From Torpedo marmorata (Eukaryota), in NCBI GenBank assembly GCA_977017645.1, contig OZ360233.1:18042001-18106000 (forward strand): 64,000 nucleotides of DNA, given 5' to 3'. The position numbers and the translations under genes are program-made. This document shows, one piece after another, positions 52,029 through 63,098 of the stretch; position 1 is the first letter of the stretch; every line of letters begins with the position of its first letter. The notes beneath the pieces were generated by a model. The model worked only from the letters and a program-made list of their open reading frames with translations, searched no databases and was not told where the DNA came from.

Positions 52029-52337
52029 CAACTAGAGAATTTCCATCGCTCGGGGTTGCTAGGGGGCGCACTCGGGCACCGACAGCCAGTTCTGTCGGTC
52101 AGCGCAATGGAAGCGACAACACGACCTTCATGGAGAGTCTGCAGAAAACGGCAATGCCGAGTTGCAGGAGATTTTCCCTCCTCTGAGCGTTTCCCTTTCT
52201 CTGCCTCCTCTGTGTCCGATTCCTTACTTTGACGTGGAAGGTAGGAATCAGGGAAAGAGAAGGAAATGGATAGCCGTTTCCAAGTATATTGTAGGAAAAG
52301 GGAAGGAGTTTTCTTGTGATGGAAATTGAAAGATTAA

Positions 52338-52995
52338 TAAAGCGGTGAGGGCAGGACAGATGCGTGAACATTAGGCCTGTCCTTCCTAAAATCAACAACA
52401 AGCTCCCTGGTATTGGTGACATTAAGAACAGGATTGTTGTTCTGGAACCACCCAACTAGGTTCTTGATTTTCATCATGCATTTAGTCTCATCATTTCCAG
52501 TTATCCGGCCAACACTGGTAGCGTTGTCATCTAATTTGTAGATGGAGTTGGAGCTAAACTTGGCTGCACAAGCATGGGTGCCCATGGCATAGATTAGGGG
52601 ACAAAGCAGGCAGCCTTGTACTGGTCCTGTGTTGATGGTCAGCGAGGAGGAGGTGATTCTGGCGATCAGCACTGTTTGTGTCTGCAGTGAGGAAGTCAAA
52701 GCTCCAGTCGCAGTGGGATGGGCAGAGACTCAGATCCTTTCGATTGGCCATAGGTTTTGCAGGTGAAGGTGTGGAACGTCAATGAACAACAGCCCCACCA
52801 ATGTGTTTCGGTGATCTAGGTGATTTAATGCAGAGTGGAGAGTCAGTGATATGGCATCGTCCTTTGACCTATTGTGGGGATAGGCCAACTGAAATGCGTT
52901 CAGATCCTTCCCCAGATCGGAGTTAATTCGCTACGTAACCAAGTTCTCAAAACAATTAATCACATTCGGTCACTTTATTTTATTGAGCAAGTTGG
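52338..52995 (-). mobile_element. Rex1/Babar-type RT fragment (cassette 8)
   Basis: ORF 52334-52699. Confidence 0.7.
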
Positions 52996-53238
52996 GGAGG
53001 GAGCAGATTGCAAGCGAAGTATGTGCGGGAAGGGCAGAGAAAGACAACCAGAGAGATTGCATTTATACCGCTGGTTTTTATTGGTATCATCGCAGCGTCA
53101 TTCAAAGCCAATGACCATTCCTGTGCGAGCGAACAGCTACAAATCTCAGCGCTGCGGCTGCTGCGGACGTGAATTTGTAAACTTACAGCGGGGCAACACG
53201 TAAGAACATATTTTTGTTTTGACCATCATTCGGGAACC

Positions 53239-53705
53239 ATGTCCCCCAAGAGGTACCTGCTGATTCTATGGGCCATTCTGCTAGGTGAGACTCTGTCTGA
53301 TCAGTCATCGCGTCCCGCGGATTCAGCGCAGTCCCGTACCGCTCCCACACTCCGTGTTTCCGTCCAAGCACGAGAGGGGAGGATTATGTGACACAAGGAC
53401 CGCCGGTAGTCATGGCCGAGGAAAGGCAGACCGTGCCACTGAGCTACAGTTACACGACGAGTCAACCCGCATATTTTGGTACATACAACGTCTTGCAGAA
53501 TCTCCCAAATATTTGCTGAAAATGTACAGCTGGGGAGATGTGGTTCGGTCTCATGATTGCCCACACTGGATATCGCGTTCCTTGGAAAAAAGGCGCTAGC
53601 GATTTCACTTGTCTATCTCTGGGTGTCTTGTGGAGGACTCCGTCGTGCATGTCTACGCCGTGCGGCCACACTGTTCCTGGGCAATGACGGATCCGCACAA
53701 AAAAT
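53239..53705 (+). pseudogene. TRAV: TRAV-like pseudogene, family A
   Basis: Acceptor altered, frameshift, TAG after LEKRR, no Cys104. RSS 53667-53705. Confidence 0.86.
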
Positions 53706-54325
53706 CACTTTGAAAATGAGGCAAGTGCCGCGCGGCGCCGCGATTTACGCCTGCGTGAGCAAAGACGGTTCTCTTCCTCACCGTTCTGAGAAAAAACACG
53801 GATTAAGGTGGATAGCGTTTTACCAGAGAGGAGCGGAGACAGGAGATGAAGATAATGGAGAAAGCGAGGGATTGATAGAAATTGAGGGAGAGAAGCACAG
53901 AAAGAGTTGAGGAGTGAGAGAAGGAGACACGGAATGATAGAAGGAGAGATGTGATGGACGAAGAGAGAGAGAGAGAGAGAGAGAAAATACGAGGGAGGGA
54001 ACAGAGAGCGGGAGTGAGAGCGAGTATGACAATGAGTGAATGTCACATTCAACGAGGAAGATGGGGAGTGAGCAATAGTGGGTTGAGAAAGAGAGAGAGA
54101 TGTGGAGTATACAGAGAGGCGGAGAAACGCGAGAAGGATGGAGAATGGGAGACTGCCCGCATTAATATCCTGCTTTAATTAGCTCAATGGTAGCGTTATC
54201 TTGACTCAAGGAGCAATCCGGTGCGAGGAAAAAGCCCTGTGGGTCGGAGCTCCCGATTTCGCCCCAATCTATTACATCGGGGTAACAGGAGGAAATGTTC
54301 TCCGTTTGACCTTTATTCGGGCACC

Positions 54326-54753
54326 ATGAGTTGTTTACTGGCACGATGGGCCATTCTGCCTCGCGAGTCACTGTGTGGTTTGTCAGGACGTGTCCGCTCG
54401 TTTCAGCGGTTCGTGTTTTGTTCCAGGTACGATTGGGGATCATTCAGTAACCCAAGGACCACCAGAACGTATGGCAGAGGAATTGCAGACCGTGTCACTG
54501 AGGCGAAGTTGCGTACCTCCGTACATTTTGGTACATTCAATATCCTGGAGAACAACCGGATTATTTCCTGAAAATGTACAGCTGGGGAGATGTGGCTCCA
54601 TCTCAAGTTTGCGCAAGAGGATATCGGTTTTCTTGGAGACAAAGAGCCAGAGGTTCTATTTGACTGTCTACGGGACGCTTGTGTCGGACAGCGCCATGTA
54701 TCTCTGCGTCGTGCAGCCCGCTGTTCCAGGGCGATGGTGGGTCCACAAAAACA
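54326..54753 (+). pseudogene. TRAV: TRAV-like pseudogene, family B
   Basis: Shortened leader, donor lost, frameshifts, heptamer lost. Confidence 0.85.
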
Positions 54754-55610
54754 CTCTGGTAATTAGAAATAGGCAGTGCCACCAGGGGGCGTGCTTTCCC
54801 CCACACAGTCCTCACCAGTGCACAGGACGGAGCCGGCAACTGTGCATCACGGGAGATAGTCTACTCCAAAGTGCAGCGCCGATATTTACCGTCGCGTGAG
54901 GAAAGACGTTTGTCTCACTCTCTGTTCCGAGGAGGAGGGGAGGAATTTAGAGAAAAGCGCGGATTAGGGTGGGCCGCCGTTTGCGAGAGAGGAGGAGTGA
55001 CAGGAACTGCTTGGATAGGGAGTGAGCGTAAGGGTGAAAGGAATTTAGAGAGAAAGGTGAGGAGTGAGAGAGAGCGAATGAAAGGGAGAGATCGTGATTG
55101 ACGAAGAGAGATATCACAGGGGGGAGGAAGTGGACAGGGAGTTGTATGTGAGAAAGAGTGAGAAAATGATTTAATGACGGAGACATTGAGAGGGCAAGAA
55201 CGGGAGTGAAAGGGACAGGCGGTAGGTGCGACTGTGGGAATTGAAGGGAGGGAGAGATTGGCACTGCTCACGAAAGTTTAAATAAGTGTAAGTCGGAGTC
55301 GCATAGAGGTAGGAAGCGTAAAAGAACGCGAGAAGGGGCGAGAGGGTGCAGGAAAACGAGTGAAGGTGATGGAACGGGCGGAGCAAGAGAGAAGAAGAGA
55401 GAGGCGTGAGGAGTGTAAATATAGATGGAGAAACACGTGCGAAAACGACGGAGAATGAGAAACGGCCAACATTAACAACGAGTTTTCATTGGTCCAACAA
55501 CGGCGTCCTTTTGAGCCCCTATGTGAGGGGATTGGCGGCTACTGACGTGACCCCTCTTTTTATATCGGGGTAGCATATGGAGATATTCGGCTGTTTCCGT
55601 TCACACTGGC

Positions 55611-56062
55611 ATGGTCCCCATTGAGTTGTTTGATGATTCCATGGGCCTTTCTACTTGGCGAGTCTCTGTCTGATTGGTCAGCGCTTGTCCCTCCCGGCTC
55701 AGCGCAATCCTGCGCATCTCAGACACTGCGTGTTTCGTGCCGGGCACAAATTGGGAAAATTTAGTGACCCACGGAAAGCCGTAACGGATGGCCGCGGGAA
55801 AACAGACGGTGTCACTGAGTTCTTGGTACCCGACAAGTGTTACCGTATATTTTTGGTACATTCAAAATCCCGCGGAATCTTCCACATATTTGCTGAAAGT
55901 TTGCAGCTCAGGAGATGTGGTTCCGTCGCACGATTTCCCAGACAGAATGACGGTTTCCTTGGAGAGAAATGGTCGAATATTCCACCTCAATATCTCCGAA
56001 GCTCTTGGAGCGTACTTCGCCGTTTACACTATTACTGGAGATTGGGGAGACTTACAAAAGCT
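55611..56062 (+). pseudogene. TRAV: TRAV-like pseudogene, family C
   Basis: Cys23 mutated to Trp; a deletion removes Cys104 and the start of the heptamer; nonamer ACAAAAGCT at 56054. Confidence 0.83.
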
Positions 56063-56860
56063 CATTCTGATAATTTTCAATGGCCGCTGTCACTAGGGGG
56101 CGCTCTTGGTAGCCGCCAGCCTATCCTGACCCGCCCATGGAATAGAAGCGACAGCGAGATTTCCCTGGTGAGGGTCTTCTCACAGTACAGAGTTGAGCAA
56201 CAGGAGTTCATAGCTGCTCTGAGAAAAGACGTTTCTCTGCCTCTCAGTCTCCAGTGACGGAGGTTCTGAGGTGGAGGGGAAGAAGACCGAGTGATACAGA
56301 TTTGGGTGGACATTGTTTCGCGAGAGAACAGCAGAGACAGGAAAATGTTGGCGAAAGGGACGGAGGGATAGTGTGGGATAAATAGGGAAGGAATCAAACG
56401 GGACAGATGAGAGAGAGAGAGTGAGAACAAATGAGGTAGAGATAGAGAGCGCAAAATTGAGAGTGAGAGAGATGGGAAGTGGTTTGAGAGAAAACAGGAG
56501 AAAGAGGACGGGAGAGCGTGTTAAGGATTGCGAAAAGTTAAGCAGGTGAAAACGTGAGACAGAGTGAGGTGGAGGAATAGAACGACAGAAGGGGAGAGAG
56601 GGTGGAGTGAGTGAAAGCGAGGGAGGAGATACAAAGAGGGAAGGAGAAAGACGCGGTGAATGTACAGATAGAGGAAGAAACTTGCGTGAAGGACGGGGAA
56701 CGAGACGCAGACTGTCTTAACAACTCGGTTTGATTGGTTCAATAATGGCCACACCAACCAATCCTGTGTGAGGGAAACACTCTCATATCTGTTCCAGGCG
56801 TTGGTTCGCTCATCACATCGACCCACCCCTTGTATAGCGGTAACACATAATCCGTGTACC

Positions 56861-56906
56861 ATGTACCTGCTGAGTTGTTTTCTGCTTCTACGGGCCGTTC
56901 TGACTG
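56861..56906 (+). other. Orphan TCR V leader exon
   Basis: MYLLSCFLLLRAVLT(G)|GTGCG. Confidence 0.75.
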
Positions 56907-57227
56907 GTGCGTCTGTCTGATTGGTCACCGACTTCTGTCCATCTTCCTTGCTCTACGTGTCTCCCACTTTAACCTAATTACAGTTCGGTGATACCCCAAG
57001 ACTCACACTCCTTCTCTCTCCCTCCGTTTACTCATTTACACTTTCATTCTGTGCTTACTGATCTCCCTTGCGCGGTCTCTCCCGCTCTCTCTCGCTCCTC
57101 GTCGCTCTCGTGCGAGGGAAACAACCCCTGTCTCCAAGAGAGGTTCTTCTGCTTCCGACGTGAGCTTCCGACCTGATATCGGGCGATATTTGGAAAATAT
57201 CATTCTCCCGAATTTAAGCCGGGCATC

Positions 57228-57650
57228 ATGTTCCTCCTGAGTTGTTGGCTGATTCTATGGGCCGTTCTGCCTGGTGAGACTGATTGACAACTCATGTTGC
57301 GTGGATTCAGCGCCATCCAGCGCCATTCACACATTCTGTGTTGTTCCAGGGGCGAGTGGGAATGATGCAGTGACCCAAAGACCGCCGGAACTGATAGTCG
57401 CTGAAGGGCAGATCGTATCACTGAGTTGCAGTTACTCGATGAGTGCCGAGGCATATTTCTGGAACATTCAACGTCCCGGAGAATCAACAAAATACTTGCT
57501 AAAAATCTTCACGTCAGGAGATGTGGTTCAGTCTCACGATTTTCCGGAGAGGATATCGGGTTCCTTGGAGAAACAGAGCCAGAGATTCCACCTCAATATC
57601 TCAAAAACCTGTGAGGAGGATTCCGCCGTGTATCACTGCGCTGTGGTTTT
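57228..57650 (+). CDS. TRAV: Open TCR alpha/delta variable segment, family D variant (exons 57228-57273, 57350-57650)
   Basis: MFLLSCWLILWAVLPG..NDAVTQRPPE..CSYSMSAEAYFWNIQ..SKTCEEDSAVYHCAVVF; open frame with atypical residues. Confidence 0.85.
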
Positions 57651-57689
57651 CACTCTGTTCCAGGGCGGTGGAGGATCCGCATAAAAACT
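57651..57689 (+). promoter_or_regulatory. 23-RSS (variant)
   Basis: CACTCTG + 23 bp + ATAAAAACT. Confidence 0.82.
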
Positions 57690-57999
57690 CACCTCGAGAA
57701 TTTCCATCGCTCAGTGTGGCTAGTGGGTGCACTCGGTGTCTGGCAGCCAGTCCTGCCCGTCCGCTCAATGAAAGCGACAACACGACCTTCCTGGAGAGTC
57801 TGCTGAAAATGGCAACGCCGAGTTGCAGGAGATTTGTGCTCCTCTGAGCGTTTCTCTTTCTCGGCCTCCTCTGTGTCCGATTCCTTAGTTTGAGGTGGAA
57901 GGTAGGAAGTCAGGGAGAGAGAAAAAAATGAATAGCTGTTTCCAAGAATATTGTAGGAAAAGGGAAGGAGTGTTTTAGTGATGGAAATTGAGAGATTAA

Positions 58000-59320
58000 A
58001 AAAAGTGGTGTTGGTAAGACAGGAGCGTTACCCCTCGGCCTGTCCTTCCTAAAATCAACAAGCTCCTTGGTCTTGGTGTCATTAAGAAACAGATTGTTTA
58101 TACTCCAGGTGGAGCTACAACCCAATCCAATAACTGCTCTTTTCGGGGTTATTGACCCAGACATAGGGAGTTTTTCTGTACCTGTTCAACGGGTTGTGGC
58201 CTTCTCTACATTGTTGGCTAGAAGAGCCATCCTATTCAAATGGAAAGTCTCTGGACCTACAACAGTGTTTCAATATTTTCCTCGTATTATGTCTTGGTTA
58301 AGCTTAGAAAAAATTTAATATCATGTATTTGATTCATGGGTGAAATTTGAAGATACATGGCGACCTTTTATGTCTTATTTTCATATGATGTAAGTGTTTC
58401 TAATGTGATTAGATGTATTTACTCTTCCTTTGTTTTTGATTTACAGTAGGAACCAAAAATTACAAAATATATATAACCTTCAGGATAAGCTGCTCAGCTG
58501 TTTTTTGTTAGTTGTTATTTTAAATTAGTGTAGGTGAGGTGGGTTTTTTTATATATAATACTTTTGATTTTTTTTAAATTGTCACCTATTGCAGTGGAGG
58601 AGGATCGAATTTATACTGTTTGAAGTTTTATTTTAATATTTATAAATATGTGATATTGTATTTTCAATTTCGTTCCCTTTTCTTCATTGTATTGTATTTC
58701 TTATAAAAATAAAAATAAAAAGATTGAAAAAGAAAGATTGTTGTTCTGGAACCACACAACCAGGTTCTTGATTTCCATCCTGCATTCTGGCTCATCTTTT
58801 CCAATTATTCACCCAACACTGGTGGTGTCGACATCTAATTTGTAGATTGAGTTGGAGCTGAACTTGGCTGCACAGTCATGGATGCCCATGGCATGGAGTG
58901 GGGGACAAAGCAGGCAGCCTTGGAGTGCTCCTGAGTTGATGGTCAGCGAGGAGGAGGTGATGTGGTTGATTAGCACTGTTTGGGTCTGCCAAAGAGGAAT
59001 TCAAAGATCCAGTCGCAGTGGGATGGAGAGAGTTCTAGATCCTTCAGCTTGGTCATAGGCTTTGCAGGTATGAGGGTGTTGAAAGCCGAGCTGTAATCAA
59101 TGAACAACAGCCCCACGAAGGTGTTTCCGTGGTCCAGGTGATTTAATGCAGAGTGGAGAGTCAGCGATATGACGCCATCAGTTGACCTTTTGTGGCGACA
59201 GGTGAACTGAAATGGGACCAGGTCCTTCCAGAGATAGGAGTAAATTCGCTCCATAACCAACCTCTGAAAACACTTCATCACAGTCGGTCAACTTGCTCTT
59301 CTTGGGCAAGTCGGGGAGGG
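58000..59320 (-). mobile_element. Rex1/Babar fragment with an embedded L1/Tx1 3' end (~58099-58732, + strand), cassette 9
   Basis: ORFs 58970-59281 (-) and 58067-58318 (+). Confidence 0.75.
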
Positions 59321-59334
59321 AGGAGATTGGAAGC

Positions 59335-59612
59335 AAATACACACCGAAATGCTGGAGGAACACAGCCGGTCACGCAGCGTCCATAGGAGGGACAGATATC
59401 TAACCAACGTTTCGGCCTAAGCCTTTTTTCAAGAAATAAGAAAAGCTCAGGAAGGCGTCAGAATAAACACTGACGATTGGCAGGGGCAGGAGTCCAGAAT
59501 AACAGGTGTTAATTGGATATGGATGGAGGGGAAGTGAGAATTGATTTTGGCTCTGTGAAGGGAGACAGAGGGAAAAGCGAAGAGGCAGAAACAGAGGCAA
59601 AGAGCGAGAGGG

Positions 59613-59656
<44 letters not shown>

Positions 59657-60018
59657 TAGATAGAGAGAGAGATAGCGAGAGAGAGAGAGAGAGAGAGATT
59701 GAGAAAACGAGATCTGGGGGAAAAGTGACAGGAGGAAGAACAACGGGGGATGTTTAATGAAACATTGAGAAGTCGATGTTAATGCCACCCGGTTGGAGGT
59801 ATCCCAGACGGAAGATGAGGTGTTGCTCCTCCAATTGTCACGTGGTCACTGTCTAGCAGTGCATGAGACCATGGACAGACATGTCAGAAAATGAGTGGAT
59901 CGGGGAATTGAAATGGGTGGCCACTGGGAGATCCACGCGTTTGCGGCGGAGAGAGCCGAGGTGTTCAACAAAGCGATCTTAGAGTCTGCGCCCAGTGTCT
60001 GCGATGTAGAGGAGACAA
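59335..60018 (-). mobile_element. Penelope-like element fragment (cassette 9) containing (GA)n at 59610-59700
   Basis: Collinear with 27587-28277. The microsatellite is resolved here, where the other copies have N runs. Confidence 0.8.
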
Positions 60019-60129
60019 GAGCAGACTGGAAACGAAGCATGTGCGGGAAGGGCAGAAAAAGACAACCAGAGAGACTGCATTTAGACCTGCTCGTTTATAT
60101 TGGTTCCAGCGCAGCGTCATCCAGAGCGA

Positions 60130-60205
60130 ATGGCCAATCCTGTGCGAGGGAAAGCCACCACTCTCTGAGCGGCGGCTGCTGCTGACGTGAGGTTGTAAAT
60201 ATAGC
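60130..60205 (+). promoter_or_regulatory. Family A V promoter: CCAAT, CRE-like TGACGTGA and TGTAAATATA
   Basis: CCAAT at 60134, TGACGTGA at 60183-60190 and TGTAAATATA at 60194-60203. The same layout occurs at 28442, ~37976 and ~44724. Confidence 0.6.
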
Positions 60206-60254
60206 AGGACAACATGTTAGAAAATATTCATCCGTTGACCTTTATTCGGGCACC

Positions 60255-60684
60255 ATGTCCCTCAAGAGGTACCTGCTGATTGTATGGGTCATTCTGGCAG
60301 GTGAGTCTCTGTCTGATCAGTCAGTGCGTCCCGCGGATTCAGCGCAATCCCGTGCCGCTTACACACTCCGTGTTTCATTCCAGTCACGAGTGGGGAGGAA
60401 TCCGTGAACCAAGGACCGCCGGAAATGACGGCCGAGGAAAGGCAGACCGTGCCACTGAGCTGTAACTATTCGATGAGTCAATCCGCATATTTTTGGTACC
60501 TTCAACATCTTGGAGAACCTCCCAAATATTTGCTGAAAATGTACAGCTCGGGAGAAGTAGTTCCGTCTCACGATTGTCCGGATCGGATGTCGGGTTCTTT
60601 GGAGAAAAAGAGGCAGCGCTTTCACTTGACTATCTCTGGGGCTCTTGTGGAGGACTCCGCCGTGTATTTCTGCGCCGTGCGGCC
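60255..60684 (+). CDS. TRAV: Intact TCR alpha/delta variable segment, family A (exons 60255-60300, 60384-60684)
   Basis: MSLKRYLLIVWVILA-VTSGEESVNQGPPE..LSCNYS..YFWYLQ..EDSAVYFCAVRP; open frame. Confidence 0.92.
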
Positions 60685-60723
60685 CACACTGTTCCTGGGC
60701 GATGACGGATCCGCACAAAAACT
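60685..60723 (+). promoter_or_regulatory. 23-RSS
   Basis: CACACTG + 23 bp + ACAAAAACT. Confidence 0.93.
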
Positions 60724-61335
60724 CGATTTGAGAATGAGGAAGGTGCCGTGCAGCGCCGCGATTTAGCCTTGCGTGAGCAAAGACGGTTCTCTTCCTCACC
60801 GTTCTGAGAAAAAACACGGATTAAGGTGTATAGCGTTTTACCAGAGAGGAGCGGAGACAGGAGATGAAGGTAATGGAGATAGCGAGAGATTGATAGAAAT
60901 TGAGAGAGAGAAGCACAGAAAGAGTTGAGGAGTGAGAGAAGGAGACACGGAATGATAGAAGGAGAGATGTGATGGACGAAGAGAGAGAGAGAGAAAATAC
61001 GAGGGAGGGAACAGAGAGCGGGAGTGAGAGAGATTATGACAATGAGTGAATGACACATTCAACGAGGAAGATGGGGAGTGAGCAATAGTGGGTTGAGAAA
61101 GAGAGAGAGATGAGGAGTATACAGAGAGGCGGAGAAACGCGAGAAGGATGGAGAATGGGAGACTGCCCGCATTAACATCCTGCTTTAATTAGCTCAATGG
61201 TAGCGTTATCTTGACTCAAGGAGCAATCCTGTGCGAAGAAAAAGCCCTGTGGGTCGGAGCTCCCGATTTCACCCCAATCTCTTACATCGGGGTAACAGGT
61301 GGAAATGTTCTCCGTTTGACCTTTATTCGGGCACC

Positions 61336-61767
61336 ATGTACCCCCTGAGTTGTTTACTGGCACGATGGGCCATTCTGCCTCGCGAGTCTCTGTGTGGTTT
61401 GTCAGGACGTGTCCGCCCGTTTCAGCGGTTCGTGTTTTGTTCCAGGTACGATTGGGGAACATTCAGTAACCCAAGGACCACCAGAACGTATGGCAGAGGA
61501 ATTGCAGACCGTGTCACTGAGGTGAAGTTGCGTACCTCCGTACATTTTGGTACATTCAATATCCTGGAGTATAACCCAATTATTTCCTGAAAATGTACAG
61601 CTGGGGAGATGTGGCTCCATCTCAAGTTTGCGCAAGGGGATATCGGTTTTCTTGCAAAGAGCCAGAGTTCGACTTGACTGTCTACGGGACGCTTGTGTCG
61701 GACAGCGCCATGTATCTCTGCGTCGTGCAGCCCACTGTTCCAGGGCGATGGTGGGTCCACAAAAACA
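61336..61767 (+). pseudogene. TRAV: TRAV-like pseudogene, family B
   Basis: Donor lost, frameshifts, CCCACTG with a 21-bp spacer. Confidence 0.85.
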
Positions 61768-62646
61768 CTCTGGTAATTAGAAATAGGCAGTGCCACCAGG
61801 GGGCGTGCTTTCCCCCACACAGTCCTCACCAGTGCACCGGACGGAGACGGCAACTGTGCATCACGGGAGAGAGTCTTCTCCAAAGTGCAGCGCCGATATT
61901 TACCCTGGCGTGAGGAAAGACGTTTGTCTCACTCTCTGTTCCGAGGAGGAGGGGAGGAATTTAGAGAAAAGCGCGGATTAGGGTGGGCCGCCTTTTGCGA
62001 GAGAGGAGGAGTGACAGGAACTGCTTGGATAGGGAGTGAGCGAAAGGGTGAAAGGAATTTAGAGAGAAAGGTGAGGAGTGAGAGAGAGCGGATGAAAGTG
62101 AGAGATCGTGATTGACGAAGAGAGATATCACAGGAGGGAGGAAGTGGACAGGGAGTTGTAAGTGAGAAAGAGTGAGAAAATGATTTAATGAAGGAGACAT
62201 TGAGAGGGCAAGAACGGGAGTGAAAGGGACAGGCGGTAGGTGCGACTGTGGGAATTGAAGGGAGGGAGAGATTGGCACTGCTCACGAAAGTTTAAATAAG
62301 TGTAAGTCGGAGTCGCATAGAGGTAGGAAGCGTTAAAGAACGCGAGAAGGGGCGAGAGAGTGCAGGAAAACGAGTGAAGGTGATGGAAATGGCGGAGCAA
62401 GAGAGAAGAGAGAGACGTGAGGAGTGTAAATATAGATGGAGAAACACGTGCGAAAACAACGGAGAATGAGAAACGGCCAACATTAACAACGAGTTTTCAT
62501 TGGTCCAACAACGGCGTCCTTTTGAGCCCCTATATGAGGGGAGCGCCCTCCTGTGTGTCCAAGAGGATTGGCGGCTACTGACGTGACCCCTCTTTTTATA
62601 TCGGGGTAGCATATGGAAATATTCGGCTGTTTACCTTCACACTGGC

Positions 62647-63098
62647 ATGGTCCCCATTGAGTTTTTTGATGATTCCATGGGCCTTTCTGCTTGGCGAGTC
62701 TCTGTCTGATTGGTCAGCGCTTGTCCCTCCCGGCTCAGCGCAATCCTGCGCATCTCAGACACTGCGTGTTTCGCGCCAGGCACAAACTGGGAACATTTGG
62801 TGATCCACGGACAGCCGTAACGGATGGCCGCGGGAAGACAGACCGTGTCACTGAGTTCTTGGTACCCGACAAGTATTACCGTATATTTTTGGTACATTCA
62901 AAATCCCGCGGAATCTTCCATATGTTTGCTGAAAGTTTACAGCTCAGGAGATGTGGTTCCGTCGCACGATTTCCCAGACAGAATGACGGTTTCTTTGCAG
63001 AAAAATGGTCGAATATTCCACCTCAATATCTCCGAACCTCTTGGAGCGTACTTCGCCGTTTACACTATTACTGGTGATTGGGGAGACTTACAAAAGCT
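62647..63098 (+). pseudogene. TRAV: TRAV-like pseudogene, family C
   Basis: Same lesions as the 55611 copy. Confidence 0.83.

Noticed and set aside
15070-60684. NAR-TCR or IgH-like (TAILV) V segments
   Set aside because: Each V has its own leader, has WYIQ/WYLQ and CAV/CAL-type ends, and no D or J was recognised next to it. I saw no Ig octamer promoter and no leaderless supporting V. Alpha versus delta cannot be fully resolved from this window.
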